59,568 bases of DNA, filler included, from 7 parts of 7 records of this genome joined end to end with filler, not necessarily neighbours in it; one strand, 5' to 3'. Shown: positions 21,194-32,567, numbered from the whole stretch's first letter. A program made the numbers and translations. Notes: generated by a model from the letters alone, not told the origin.

Positions 21194-23414
21194 ACTCATT
21201 CGAATTGCGCGACAATTGCCGCTGAAGACGGCTCTTGCCAGAGCCTCCGGGTTGGCTGGGCGGCGAGTTTGCTCATACTTAAAACGTCGGCGTGATCTCA
21301 GAGGCCCGACCTATTGCGAGGTCACGCCTTCGGGAGGTCTTTACCGCTATTACGACATGCCGGAGTTTCCGGTTCTCCTTACACAAGCCGATGCCATTCG
21401 GGAACTGGCGAAGCGATATCTTGAACATCGGTTCGATCTGCTGGGTTCGGGCTGGACCAAGGTTTCGGGGAAGGTCAGAAGCCGCGGCCTTGAAGGGTAT
21501 CTCCACGATGACCGGGAGGTGCCGGCGGAAATGCCGGTCAATGTCAGCAACCGGACCGAATGCGAACGAATTCGAAACCTTGTCGACGACGGCTATGAGG
21601 CCATCGACTGGCACCTGGATTTCAAGTCAGGATATCCATGGCAAAAGGATACGTGGTACGGGGATGTCCCATACGGTCATCTGCCGGGAGTCGACATAAA
21701 GGTTCCCTGGGAATTGGCCCGCATGCAGAATCTGCCGGCGTTGGCCTTCGCCTATTCGCTTGCCGAAGCGGAAGTACAGGGCTTCAGGAAACCGGATGTC
21801 TACCTGCGGGAGTTCCGCAACCAGGTCCTCGATTTTGTTGCCGACAACCCGCCCCGCTTCGGCGTCAATTGGCGTTGCACAATGGACGTCGCCATCCGCG
21901 TTGCCAACTGGCTGGTCGCCCACGATCTTTTCCTGGCCGCCGGCGGCGCGTTCGATCGGGAATTCGAGGCCGTTTTCATACGGTCGGTTTTTGAACACGC
22001 CGGTCATATCGCGGCGAACCTGGAATGGGATCCTCAATATCGCGCCAACCACTATCTGGCCGACATTGTCGGTCTTTTGTTTGCCGCGGTCTACCTGCCG
22101 ACAAGCGCCGAAACCGACGCGTGGCTGGCCCTATCGGTCCAGGAACTTATCGCCGAAACCGATCGTCAATTTCTGCCCGACGGCGGCAACTTCGAAGGGT
22201 CCACCGCCTATCACCGCTTGTCGGCGGAATTGGCCATCCATGCAACGGCACTGACTTTGGCTTTGGGCAAAGAGAAAAGCGCCGCTTTGGACAAATTCGA
22301 TTGCCGGTTCTTCCAAAGTCGGCCAGCCCTGCACCCGGCTCCGCTCTCCCGACATCCCCTGCCGTCCGGTGATGGAACCAGCCCCTTTCCGGAAAACCAT
22401 TTCCGCCGATTGGCCGCTGCAACCAATTTCATGGCTGCGCTCACCAAATCCTCGGGCCGCATCGCCCAGATCGGTGACAATGACAGCGGCCGATTCCTTA
22501 AACTGGCTCCAACCGGCCAAGTTCGGACGATCGCCGACCTCAAGGAACGGTATTTGTCGATGGCCGGTTACGATGAATTGCCGGACACCGAACTGGTCTG
22601 GGATGAAGATCCTTTGGATTCTTCTCCCCTGCTGGCGGCGGCAGCCGGGTTGCTCGACGATCGGGACGAGGAAAAAGCAGCAACCGGACCTATGATCGAA
22701 ACGCAATTCATTGCCGGTCTCGTCGGCCAAAGGCAGCCCATCGAACCAATGAAAATGGAGCCGCCGCAGGCCACCGCAATTCTACCGCCACCTCCCGATG
22801 GGCGTATCCTCCTGGACGCTGAAATCGTGGTTCCAGGCGACGACTTACTGGAACGATCCGCATTTCACGCATTTCCCGATTTCGGGCTCTATGTCTGGAA
22901 ATCCGAACGCCTGTTTCTTTCCGTGCGATGCGGACCAATCGGACAGAACGGCCGTGGAGGACACGCCCACAACGACCAACTCGCCATTGAATTGGCCATC
23001 GATGGCGAAGATTGGATTGTCGATCCGGGAACGTATCTCTATACGCCACTTCCGGCAGTTCGAAACACCTATCGTTCCGTCCGCGCTCATTTCACACCGA
23101 GGGTCGAAAGCCGCGAGCCGGGCCGCCTCGATCTTGGTCCGTTCTGGCTAGGCGACGAAGCAAAAGCGGAATGCCTTTACGCCGGACCGGCCGGATTTTT
23201 GGGAACCCATAGCGGGTTTGGCGACCCCGTGGCGCGTTGGATCGCATTCGGGAAAAACAAACTGCATGTCATCGATTTACTGAAGGACGCACCTGAATCC
23301 GCCTCGGACCGCATCGTCTTGACCGGAAAGGACGCCGTCAAAGCGGCCTTTTCTACGGCGCTACCGTATTCTCCCGGATACGGAATCCAGGAATCGGCGG
23401 TGTCGGCAAAATGA
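21177..23414 (+). CDS. Heparinase II/III-family protein
   Basis: DIKVPWELAR, NHYLA, EGSTAYH, IGDNDSG, GHAHND, DPGTYLY. Confidence 0.88.
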   Translation: MPRFIELIRIARQLPLKTALARASGLAGRRVCSYLKRRRDLRGPTYCEVTPSGGLYRYYDMPEFPVLLTQADAIRELAKRYLEHRFDLLGSGWTKVSGKVRSRGLEGYLHDDREVPAEMPVNVSNRTECERIRNLVDDGYEAIDWHLDFKSGYPWQKDTWYGDVPYGHLPGVDIKVPWELARMQNLPALAFAYSLAEAEVQGFRKPDVYLREFRNQVLDFVADNPPRFGVNWRCTMDVAIRVANWLVAHDLFLAAGGAFDREFEAVFIRSVFEHAGHIAANLEWDPQYRANHYLADIVGLLFAAVYLPTSAETDAWLALSVQELIAETDRQFLPDGGNFEGSTAYHRLSAELAIHATALTLALGKEKSAALDKFDCRFFQSRPALHPAPLSRHPLPSGDGTSPFPENHFRRLAAATNFMAALTKSSGRIAQIGDNDSGRFLKLAPTGQVRTIADLKERYLSMAGYDELPDTELVWDEDPLDSSPLLAAAAGLLDDRDEEKAATGPMIETQFIAGLVGQRQPIEPMKMEPPQATAILPPPPDGRILLDAEIVVPGDDLLERSAFHAFPDFGLYVWKSERLFLSVRCGPIGQNGRGGHAHNDQLAIELAIDGEDWIVDPGTYLYTPLPAVRNTYRSVRAHFTPRVESREPGRLDLGPFWLGDEAKAECLYAGPAGFLGTHSGFGDPVARWIAFGKNKLHVIDLLKDAPESASDRIVLTGKDAVKAAFSTALPYSPGYGIQESAVSAK

Positions 23415-24733
23415 AAATACTGGTCATCTGCTACTGCTATCCGCCGGACCTCGGGCCACGTGCCTTTCGCTGGTCGGCCATCGCCGAACACTGGGCTGCC
23501 CGTGGCATTGATGTCCACGTCATCAGCGGTCGCAAACCCGGCACCGCTTCGGAAGAGATTCTCAACGGTGTCCACGTGTACCGTCGCGGCGGAGCATTCA
23601 CGGACAACCTGCGCGCCCGTATCGAACGGCGCGGGCGCACAACCCCGTCAAATAGACAAAAAAGCCTTCCCGACGATGCACTCAAATCCCGAAAAGGTGG
23701 GGTCGGCGTCGGCATGCTTAAACGGCTTCATGATCTGACCTGGAAAAAGATCTATTGGCCGGAAAGCACCTGCCTTTGGTATTTCCCGGCCTGGTCGACG
23801 ACCAAACGCCTGCTGGCGGAGAACGACTTCGACGTCCTGATCAGTTCTTCAACGCCCTATACCGGCCATCTGGTCGGCCACACTGCCAAACGGAAAAAGC
23901 CGGGTCTCCACTGGATGGTCGACATCGGCGATCCTTTCAGCTTCTTTCATGTCATGCCGTGGAACAACGAAGCCCTCTACGGTCGCCTGAACCGCTGTTC
24001 GGAGCATGCCGTCCTGCGGGACGCGGACAGTATTTCGGTAACCGTGCAATCCTGCCTGGACACCTATGTCGAGGCCTTTCCGGAATTGGATATCGCCGCG
24101 AAATCGACCGTCATCCCGCCTCTGCTTAGCAATGGTGGAATCGGTTCGAAGACCCGGCCGGCGAAAACCAATGGCGGTTTGCGGTTTGTATTCACGGGCG
24201 CCTTGTACGGAACCATACGAAATCCCCGTTACCTGCTCGAACTTTTCTCGAAGATCCGCGACGGGCGTCCCAACGACCAGCTTCATCTGTTCGGATCGAT
24301 CAACGATTGCGGACCCTATTTCGAGCCTTTCCATGGAATGTTGCAAAAAAATCTCTTCGTTCACGGGCGGGTCGATCGAGACACCGCCCAAAGGGAAACC
24401 GAGGCGGCAGACGTTCTGGTGAATATCGGCAACGAAACCCCTTATCTATTGCCGAGCAAAATCGTTGATTACGTCGCGACGGGAAAGCCGATCGTGAACC
24501 TTGTCTACGGTTCCAGCGACAGTTCTCAACGGATACTCGACGACTACCCGGCGCATCTGACCGTCGGTATGGATGGGGACGGCCCCAACCCCGAAACCGT
24601 CGATCAGGTCGTGGAATTCCTCGAAAATGCACAGCCGGTCAATCCCGGTTTCCTTGACGATTTTCTGGATCGTTTCCGGGTCGATCGGATTGCGGACAGC
24701 TATCGCACCGCCATCGGAATCGAGGGTTTCTGA
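23411..24733 (+). CDS. Glycosyltransferase (GT4-like)
   Basis: MKILVICYCYPP, DIGDP, LPSKIVDY. Confidence 0.85.
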   Translation: MKILVICYCYPPDLGPRAFRWSAIAEHWAARGIDVHVISGRKPGTASEEILNGVHVYRRGGAFTDNLRARIERRGRTTPSNRQKSLPDDALKSRKGGVGVGMLKRLHDLTWKKIYWPESTCLWYFPAWSTTKRLLAENDFDVLISSSTPYTGHLVGHTAKRKKPGLHWMVDIGDPFSFFHVMPWNNEALYGRLNRCSEHAVLRDADSISVTVQSCLDTYVEAFPELDIAAKSTVIPPLLSNGGIGSKTRPAKTNGGLRFVFTGALYGTIRNPRYLLELFSKIRDGRPNDQLHLFGSINDCGPYFEPFHGMLQKNLFVHGRVDRDTAQRETEAADVLVNIGNETPYLLPSKIVDYVATGKPIVNLVYGSSDSSQRILDDYPAHLTVGMDGDGPNPETVDQVVEFLENAQPVNPGFLDDFLDRFRVDRIADSYRTAIGIEGF

Positions 24734-24739
24734 TTTCAG

Positions 24740-26200
24740 ATGGCCGTACACGCAAACATGGCGTTTGTCGCTTCTCCCAAGTTGCTCCTGGCAGGCGGGA
24801 GCATCCTTCTTGCAATCGGTGCCGCATTGATTTCAGTTCGGCCCGAAGACATCTCGCTGCTTCAGGCGAGCCTCGGATGGAGCATCGTCTGCGCCGGCCT
24901 TTTGCCGGCCTTTTTCTATTTCTCCCGCGAAGATCGGGGTGCCGCTCCGATCGTGCCCGTCGCCGGAATATTTTATGCCGTAAGTTTTGGCCTTCCCGTT
25001 TTTCTGATCGATTTCGGTTGGCCGGCGGAAACCCAACACCGACTTTATTATACCAAGATCGCCCAGCGTTCGGACTTGATTGAGCCGAACGCGCAAATGC
25101 TCACATTGGCCGGAGTCTTGCTCTTCGTCTTTTTCTATTCCGTTTTTTATTCGAAGGTTTTTCACAAGGTTCCACACATCCGTCTGCCACGTGATGCCAG
25201 TGCAAACCGAACGGTAATTTTGGCCTGGGTCTTCTTAGTATTCCATTTGTTGTTCGTTGCCGTTCCGGAAATGCGCTCGATCCCGTCCGTCGGTCAGTTC
25301 GTGGATCCTGCCGGGTACACAGCATTCGGCATCCTTTTTCTATTCTGGCGGGAAAAGCGGATCGGCAAATGGCATGCTGTCATCGTGTTCGGGCTTCTTT
25401 TACCGATGCTCATGATACATCGGCTGGCGTCCGGATTGATGACACCCACTCTTTTGCTGGCGTTGTTGATCTTTTTCCTGATGTCTATGACCGGCGACCG
25501 ACGTTTCATCGTCGTCGCAACGTTGAGCGCTGTCCTCCTGGTTCTCCTCTACAAGCCGGTCTCCGACTATCGGAATATCGTAAATATCCGGTCGATCGAT
25601 GCGATTGAAGACAAGCTTGTTGTCCTCGCGGATTCAATCGTTGGCACTTTTGATGAGTTTGGCGGACAAAACATTCGTGTACACCAGGTCGTGCGGCGAG
25701 CCTCGTTACTTCCCGTTTTTTCCTTTGTCTATCAGCGTACGCCGGAACCTGTACCCTATTGGGAAGGACACACGTTGTTACCACTGCTGACGAGCTCTAT
25801 TCCGCGTATTTTCTGGCCCGGCAAACCCGAAGAACGTGCCGGGAAGGCTTTCTCAGATCGCTATGTTCTCAATCCTCCCGAAAACTTAACTTCGATCAAT
25901 ATTCCCTGGATCACGGAATTCTTTGTGAATTTTGGCGTATCCGGCGTTTTGTTGGGCATGTCGCTCGTCGGCATTTTTCTGGCTTTTCTCGAGAGGATTT
26001 TCAACAGCCGTAAGATGTCGTCAATTGAAACGGCCGTCGGTCTGGCCGTATTTTTTCCGCTTTGCTATCCGGAATCCAATTTCAGTGTCATGTGCGGAAG
26101 TTTGTTGCCCGTGACGCTGTGTCTCTGGATATACTTCGCTGTCGGTCTGCGCATCGCACCCAATCTGGGAAGAAAAAACACCAGACTTGGTGGCGTGTGA
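24740..26200 (+). CDS. Integral membrane protein, putative Wzy-like polymerase
   Basis: Numerous TM segments, IPRIFWPGKP, EFFVNFG. Confidence 0.6.
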   Translation: MAVHANMAFVASPKLLLAGGSILLAIGAALISVRPEDISLLQASLGWSIVCAGLLPAFFYFSREDRGAAPIVPVAGIFYAVSFGLPVFLIDFGWPAETQHRLYYTKIAQRSDLIEPNAQMLTLAGVLLFVFFYSVFYSKVFHKVPHIRLPRDASANRTVILAWVFLVFHLLFVAVPEMRSIPSVGQFVDPAGYTAFGILFLFWREKRIGKWHAVIVFGLLLPMLMIHRLASGLMTPTLLLALLIFFLMSMTGDRRFIVVATLSAVLLVLLYKPVSDYRNIVNIRSIDAIEDKLVVLADSIVGTFDEFGGQNIRVHQVVRRASLLPVFSFVYQRTPEPVPYWEGHTLLPLLTSSIPRIFWPGKPEERAGKAFSDRYVLNPPENLTSINIPWITEFFVNFGVSGVLLGMSLVGIFLAFLERIFNSRKMSSIETAVGLAVFFPLCYPESNFSVMCGSLLPVTLCLWIYFAVGLRIAPNLGRKNTRLGGV

Positions 26201-26218
26201 TTCACCCTTCAACACCCA

Positions 26219-27550
26219 ATGAATGGCCAAAGAAAGTTGTCAAACGTCCTTGCCGTTGAGGATTTGCCCGAAACCGGTTGGATGAAATCCATCGCCATTT
26301 TGGTGGGTATTGCGGTTCCAACTCTTGTTTTCGGGAAGCTGTTGATCGCGCTCACCTTGGTGCCTGCGTTTGTGATCTCGCTGTTTTTCGTGAAAAGCCG
26401 GGAATCGGCGAGAATCGCGAAAGGCATGGTCATGTCGCCAACCGGACTATTGTTGGGCCTGATGGCACTTCTTTGGTTGCTTGGTGTCGTATTTTCGCTG
26501 GACCCGTTTCTTTCATTCGAGGCTTGGCTCAGATCCTTCCTCTTGGTTGCGGCGGCGGCCTATCTATGCTGCTTCTTCGCACTTCGGCCGAAATCCATTG
26601 ATCTCGCCCTGCGCGCAGTTCTGGTCGTGACTCCCATATGCTGCACGATCGGATTTACCGGTGCCGTCGTTCCCGAGTTTCTGGGTTTCATCCATGCAAA
26701 GGGATGGACCCCACTAATAATATCGGAAGGACTTAAGCAATTCGCCTCGGTATCGATGGTACTTTGTCCGATTGTCATTCTGGCAGGGTGGCGGATTGGC
26801 AGACAATGGCGGTTCTTGGCAGGCGTGGATGTGATCGCCCTCGTCGGCATCATCATTGTGACGTCAAGCCGGTCTTCGATGGCCGGGCTTTTTGCGATGA
26901 CCGTTGTTGTCGCCGGGCTTTTAGTGAAAGAATACGGCAACCGTAAAACAGGAGCTCTTTTTCTGGTTGCGTTGGCGGTCGGGGTTGGCGCCGTTATTGC
27001 CTGGGTATATTTACAACCCATGGCGCCCTGGGCCAGAGAATTGGATTACGATTTTCCTGTTTGGCTAATTGACCCGCCGCGCCAAAAGATATGGATGTTT
27101 ACAATTGAAAAGGCGCTGGAATCTCCTTGGATCGGTTATGGCATCAACGTCGTCAACTACTTGCCCGGAGCCAGCGAACACATCGAAGGAATGGGCCTGC
27201 ATACCTACATATCGGGCCATCCCCATAATTGGGCGATCGAAGTCTGGGCGGAAACGGGGCTGATCGGTATTATTCCCCTGCTCTTTCTCATTGCCGTCGC
27301 AGCCAAGTTTTTCATCAACCAATTCCAGAACACGAAAAACCCGGCTTATCTATTCGCGCTGGCCCTTCATACTGCCTACTGGGTCTCCGGATTGTTCAAT
27401 TTCTCTTTTTGGTCGGTCTGGTGGCAAGCGTCCTATCTTGTCCTTCTCGCCCTCGGCGGCGCATTGGCTTTGGACGTACGCCCGACACCGAGCCAAGAGC
27501 CGCCGAAACCTGAAACACCCGTCGATCCGTTGCGTGTTCCGCAAATTTGA
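26219..27550 (+). CDS. O-antigen ligase family protein
   Basis: TSSRSS, R..IW, PWIGYG, HPHN...ETGLIG. Confidence 0.85.
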   Translation: MNGQRKLSNVLAVEDLPETGWMKSIAILVGIAVPTLVFGKLLIALTLVPAFVISLFFVKSRESARIAKGMVMSPTGLLLGLMALLWLLGVVFSLDPFLSFEAWLRSFLLVAAAAYLCCFFALRPKSIDLALRAVLVVTPICCTIGFTGAVVPEFLGFIHAKGWTPLIISEGLKQFASVSMVLCPIVILAGWRIGRQWRFLAGVDVIALVGIIIVTSSRSSMAGLFAMTVVVAGLLVKEYGNRKTGALFLVALAVGVGAVIAWVYLQPMAPWARELDYDFPVWLIDPPRQKIWMFTIEKALESPWIGYGINVVNYLPGASEHIEGMGLHTYISGHPHNWAIEVWAETGLIGIIPLLFLIAVAAKFFINQFQNTKNPAYLFALALHTAYWVSGLFNFSFWSVWWQASYLVLLALGGALALDVRPTPSQEPPKPETPVDPLRVPQI

Positions 27551-27611
27551 GGCTATTCAGACAATCGCAACCGGAACAACAATCAATGCCAAGCACAGGA
27601 ACCTTTCACCG

Positions 27612-28673
27612 ATGACTTCTTTTTTGCTGCAATCCGATATCGTGGAAATCGCCGAACGGATAAAAGGACCGGCTCAGGATTTCGCAGGTAAAACCGTGTT
27701 GCTGACGGGAGGACGGGGGTTCCTCGGCCGTTATTTCATGGCCGTATTCGAGGAGTTGAACGCGAAACATCTGAAATCGCCGGTCACCCTGGTTTCGCTC
27801 GACAACTTGATCACGGCGGGGCGGGAAGGCGCCGAAATCCCCAAGGCCGACAACGTCACCTTCGTCCAGCACGATGTTATCGAACCGTATACATGGGAAG
27901 GTCAGCTGGATTACGTCATTCATGCGGCCGGAATCGCCAGTCCCTATTATTATCGCGCCTATCCTTTGGAAACGCTTCAGGTCGCCATCACCGGCACCCG
28001 CTTGATGTTGCAATTGGCTGATCGCCACGATGCCCGTTTTTCTTTCTTCTCCTCGAGCGAAATCTACGGCGATCCCGATCCGAAACATGTGCCGACCGCC
28101 GAGAGTTACCGCGGAAATGTTTCCTGTCAGGGACCACGCGCCTGTTACGACGAAAGCAAGCGCGTCGGCGAGACCCTCTGCCATATTTTCCATACCAAGG
28201 AGGGGACCCACACCAATACCATCCGGCCGTTCAATGTATTCGGCCCCGGCATGCAGGAAACGGACTACCGGGTCCTGCCCAATTTCGCCAACCGTATCAA
28301 AGCCGGTCTTCCGCTAAACGTCTATGGATCCGGCGACCAGACCAGGACCTTCTGCTATATCACCGATGCGATGGTCGGTTTCCTGCTGGTTGTGCTGAAG
28401 GGTGTCCCCGGCGAGGCCTACAACATCGGCAACCCGAAACCCGAAATATCGATGTTAAATCTCGTCGACCGAATTGAAGGGACCATCGGCAGCAAGATCG
28501 CGCGGAACGTGGTCGAATATCCCGACAGTTATCCGGCCGACGAACCGAATCGTCGGTGCCCGGACATCCGAAAGGCACGCCTGCAACTCGGTTTCGAGCC
28601 CACCGTCGACCTCGACGACGGACTTGGACGATTCCTCAACTGGGCGGATTCGGTCTATACCGGCGAGCAATAG
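27612..28673 (+). CDS. NAD-dependent epimerase/dehydratase (UDP-glucuronate decarboxylase-like)
   Basis: TGGRGFLG, SSSEIYGDP, GPRACYDESKR, RTFCY; start set at ATG 27612. Confidence 0.88.
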   Translation: MTSFLLQSDIVEIAERIKGPAQDFAGKTVLLTGGRGFLGRYFMAVFEELNAKHLKSPVTLVSLDNLITAGREGAEIPKADNVTFVQHDVIEPYTWEGQLDYVIHAAGIASPYYYRAYPLETLQVAITGTRLMLQLADRHDARFSFFSSSEIYGDPDPKHVPTAESYRGNVSCQGPRACYDESKRVGETLCHIFHTKEGTHTNTIRPFNVFGPGMQETDYRVLPNFANRIKAGLPLNVYGSGDQTRTFCYITDAMVGFLLVVLKGVPGEAYNIGNPKPEISMLNLVDRIEGTIGSKIARNVVEYPDSYPADEPNRRCPDIRKARLQLGFEPTVDLDDGLGRFLNWADSVYTGEQ

Positions 28674-28677
28674 GTCG

Positions 28678-29616
28678 GTGCCGGGCGGCAATATCCGGCT
28701 CGGTCTTATCGGCGCTGGCCGTTGGGGTGCGAACTATGTGTCGACGGTCGCAAGCCTTCCCGAAGTCGAGCTCTCCTGGATCGCCGATCCCGATCGGTCA
28801 GCGACCCGCTGCCTCGCATATACCGGCCCGGTATATGAGCGATGGCATAATGCCGTTGAGGCTTTGGGTGCCGACGGTATCATTGTTGCGACGCCGCCTG
28901 GCGCCCACGCCGATATCGCCAGAACCGCCATCGACTTGGAAATCCCAGCACTTATCGAAAAACCCTTAACGCGGTCACTTTCCGAGGCGTTTGCCCTTCT
29001 GGCGAAGGCTGAAACGAATCCGGTCCATTTGGCGGTCGGCCACGTTCATCTTTATTCACCGGCCTACCGGCAACTGAAGGAGGCCGCCAAATCCCATGGT
29101 CCGGTTCGGCGGGTTGCCAGCCAAGGTGGCCGATGGGGGCCATTTCGTACCGATGTGCCTGTTCTCTGGGATTGGGGTCCCCACGACATCGCGTTTGCCT
29201 TAGATCTGCTTGGCAAACCTAGCATGATCGATTGTCGTCGTCGCCAATGCAGGAATACATCCGAAGGGAGAGGTGAAATCGTTGGAATCGATATGGTGTT
29301 CCCGTGTGGCGCGACGGCGGAAATCGAGATCGGCAACCTATTCGAATCGAAAAAGCGATGGCTGCGGGTGGAATGCGATACGGGTTACCTTCTTCTCGAT
29401 GATACCAAAGACCGGAAACTGACAAGCAACGGCTTCGACATTTCGCACACGAAGAAAAATAACGCGTTACCGATGTCCCAATCTTCGCCTTTGGCCAACT
29501 TGGTTCTGGCCTTCGCCGACGCCATCCGAACGGGATCAACCGATCTATCGCAGCTCCGACTCGGCGTGGACGTGGTCCGAGTTCTGGCAGAATGCGACAA
29601 CAAGCTCTCCCAATGA
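28678..29616 (+). CDS. Gfo/Idh/MocA-family oxidoreductase
   Basis: LGLIGAGRWG, ATPP..H, IEKP, WDWGPHD; start inferred at GTG after upstream stop. Confidence 0.85.
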   Translation: MPGGNIRLGLIGAGRWGANYVSTVASLPEVELSWIADPDRSATRCLAYTGPVYERWHNAVEALGADGIIVATPPGAHADIARTAIDLEIPALIEKPLTRSLSEAFALLAKAETNPVHLAVGHVHLYSPAYRQLKEAAKSHGPVRRVASQGGRWGPFRTDVPVLWDWGPHDIAFALDLLGKPSMIDCRRRQCRNTSEGRGEIVGIDMVFPCGATAEIEIGNLFESKKRWLRVECDTGYLLLDDTKDRKLTSNGFDISHTKKNNALPMSQSSPLANLVLAFADAIRTGSTDLSQLRLGVDVVRVLAECDNKLSQ

Positions 29617-29629
29617 CGCGACGCGGATC

Positions 29630-31220
29630 ATGTGCGGAATTGCCGGTCTAACCCTCGATAAATCTGGTCTCCTCGAGGAGATGGCCAACCGCTTGGCCCA
29701 TCGCGGGCCCGACGATCAGGGTATCTGGCGGGATCCCGGGTCGACCATCGGTTTGGCACACCGGCGCCTTGCCATCATCGATCTAAGCAAGGCGGGCGCC
29801 CAACCCATGGTGTCCGATTGCGGCCGATATGCCCTTTCCTTCAACGGCGAGATTTACAATTTCCGCGAACTCAGGGACGACCTTGAGCGTTCCGGTGAAT
29901 CATTCCGTTCGAACAGTGATACCGAAGTCCTTCTGAAACTTCTGCGGCGTCACGGCCCCGAAGCCATTCACCGACTGGTCGGTATGTTCGCCTTTGCCCT
30001 GTGGGATCGCGAAGAAAAATCCCTTTTGCTGGCCCGCGACCGATTGGGAATCAAGCCTCTGTTCTACGCGCCGCTTGCTGGCGGGCAATTGGCCTTTGCA
30101 TCCGAAATTCATGCGCTGCGCGCTCATCCCGAAATTGATCTCGAGATCGACCGCACGGCCCTTTCCGAATATCTGGCCTGCCTTTACATCCCGGCACCCA
30201 GAACCATCCATGCCGGCATCCGAAAACTGCCGCCGGGCCATATCCTGACCTGGAAGGATGGCCGGTTCGAAACGCGTCCCTACTGGCAACCGGAATACGC
30301 TGGCGGTAGAAATCCGGGTATTGAAGACGCCGTTGACGAAATCCTCCCCGTCCTCAGAGAAGCCGTACAGGGACGGATGATCGCCGATGTTCCGGTCGGC
30401 TGCTTTCTCTCCGGCGGTATCGACAGCTCCGTCATTGCCGCACTGATGGCGGAAGAATCAAAGAACCGAGGCGGGCCGCCGGTCAACAGCTTCACCATGA
30501 CATTCGATGAGCCCGCTTACGACGAACGTGACGCAGCGCAGGCCGTGGCGACACACATCGGCAGTCGGCATACGGAACTCCCGGCCAGTTCGCGCTTCGC
30601 CGACAGGCTCGATACCTATGTCCGCGCCTTCGGCGAACCTTTCGGTAACCCGACAGCGCTTCTTATCGACGACCTTTCAAGAAAAGCCCGCGAACACGTA
30701 ACGGTCGCCCTGGTCGGCGACGGCGGTGACGAGGTGTTTGCCGGATACCCCCGATATGCCGGCGGTGCGCTTGCGCAACGATATCGGCAACTCCCGGCCT
30801 TTCTGCGTCGCAGCGTCATCTCGCCGCTGGCCGCGCTGATTCCGGAAAGCTCGCGCGGCCGACACGGCTGGCGGCGGGCCCGGGAATTCCTGACCTGCGC
30901 GAATGAACCGGATGACGAAATGTATGCGGCCTGGGTCGAGTATTTTTCGCCGGAAGAGCGCGCCGGCCTGCTGGGCGATGTGCAAGAGAGACCCGAAAGA
31001 CCCATTGCCGCGCTCTATCGTCAGGCTCCGTCGGCAAATCCCCTGGATGCCATGCAGCAAACCGACCTTTTATCCTTTCTTCCCGGCAATCTGCTGGCCT
31101 ATGGCGACGCCATGAGCATGCAGCACGCCTTGGAGCTTCGCCTTCCCCTGATCGATCACCGTGTCGTCGAGGCGGTCGGTAACCTGGAGGCCGGCTTGCG
31201 TTTCCAGGGCGGTCTGAAAA
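29630..31220 (+). CDS. asnB: Second asparagine synthase-like amidotransferase, 3'-truncated
   Basis: MCGIAG, HRGPDD, FNGEIYN, LSGGIDSS, GDGGDE. Confidence 0.92.
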
Positions 31221-31320
31221 NNNNNNNNNNNNNNNNNNNNNNNNNNNNNNNNNNNNNNNNNNNNTTAATTAATTAANNNNNNNNNNNNNNNNNNNNNNNN
31301 NNNNNNNNNNNNNNNNNNNN
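31221..31320. other. Artificial contig linker
   Basis: 44 N + TTAATTAATTAA + 44 N. Confidence 0.98.
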
Positions 31321-31560
<240 letters not shown>

Positions 31561-31785
31561 TCATCCCCGGTATTGATTTCAAATCATCCCCGGTTTTGCT
31601 TTTAAACGTTGAAAAGAATCGGCGCCTCGGCGCCCGTCGGTTCACTTTGCTCTCCGCCATGGCGCCCCATGGCGGATCCCCGGTAGGAGGCCTGAAAAAC
31701 GCTCGGCCCCAGGGTCGTTCCGCCTGCCCGTTACCGGCCCATCGGCGGTGTCGGTCGATTTGTCGGTTGTCATCCCTGCCCCTCC

Positions 31786-32274
31786 TCAATCCTTGGGCTC
31801 GGCGGGCCTGCGCTTGCCCTTGCCGGCACATTCGAGGCACAGACCGCGCGCCTCGACATGGGTAACGTTGACCCGGCCGATCTCTCCCAACGTCTCCGGC
31901 AGGGTCAGTTCATTGAAGTCCTTGCTGTAGAAATCCCGTGTCAGTCCGCAACTCTCGCAAACGAAATGATGGTGCTGATCCAGGTTGGCGTCGAACCGGG
32001 CCCGTTCGCGTCCCGAACCCAGGGTCTGGATCATGCCGAGATCGACCAGCAGCCACAGGGTCCGGTACACCGTGTCCAGCGACATCGTCGGCATCCGTTC
32101 CCGGACCCGCCGATAGATCGTCTCGGCATCGGGGTGGTCGCCGGTCTTCGCCACTTCGCGGAAAATTTCGATGCGCTGATGGGTCATCTTGGCGCCGGCC
32201 TCGCGGCAGACCCGCTCCAGATGCTCCATGCGCGACGTATTTTCGTGCTCGGTGATACCCCGTCTCCCCGTCAT
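31786..32274 (-). CDS. Fur-family peroxide-responsive repressor (PerR/FurA-like)
   Basis: KMTHQRIEI, HPDAE, TVYRTL, HHHFVCESC...CLEC; directly upstream of katG. Confidence 0.9.
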   Translation of the reverse strand: MTGRRGITEHENTSRMEHLERVCREAGAKMTHQRIEIFREVAKTGDHPDAETIYRRVRERMPTMSLDTVYRTLWLLVDLGMIQTLGSGRERARFDANLDQHHHFVCESCGLTRDFYSKDFNELTLPETLGEIGRVNVTHVEARGLCLECAGKGKRRPAEPKD

Positions 32275-32293
32275 TCGTTCGGAATGAATTACG

Positions 32294-32314
32294 AAATAGG
32301 ATTTTATCTTAAAT
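32294..32314. promoter_or_regulatory. Candidate Fur/PerR operator
   Basis: AT-rich imperfect palindrome AAATAGGATTTTATCTTAAAT just upstream of the regulator in GC-rich DNA. Confidence 0.45.
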
Positions 32315-32567
32315 AAGAATAAAATTCAAGTGCCGTTCGGGAGAGTCATCGAAATTTCACCCTATCGGGCCGGGGCGCGCAAAAGCCAAGGCCGAGGGCG
32401 CCTTGAAACCGTCGACGATGCCGGGCGGATCGGCGCCGGCCGATACGGACCGGATTGGGCGTGCCGCCGGGCAACGCAAAAACATAAAATAGATAAAATT
32501 TTATATAATATCGATGATGATTATATCGAATATTAAAAACAAAAATAGATTTTGAATTCCGGCTTTT

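Noticed and set aside
16958-31115. Numerous overlapping and antisense ORFs in the GC-rich cluster
   Set aside because: Shadow frames of well-supported genes, expected at high GC
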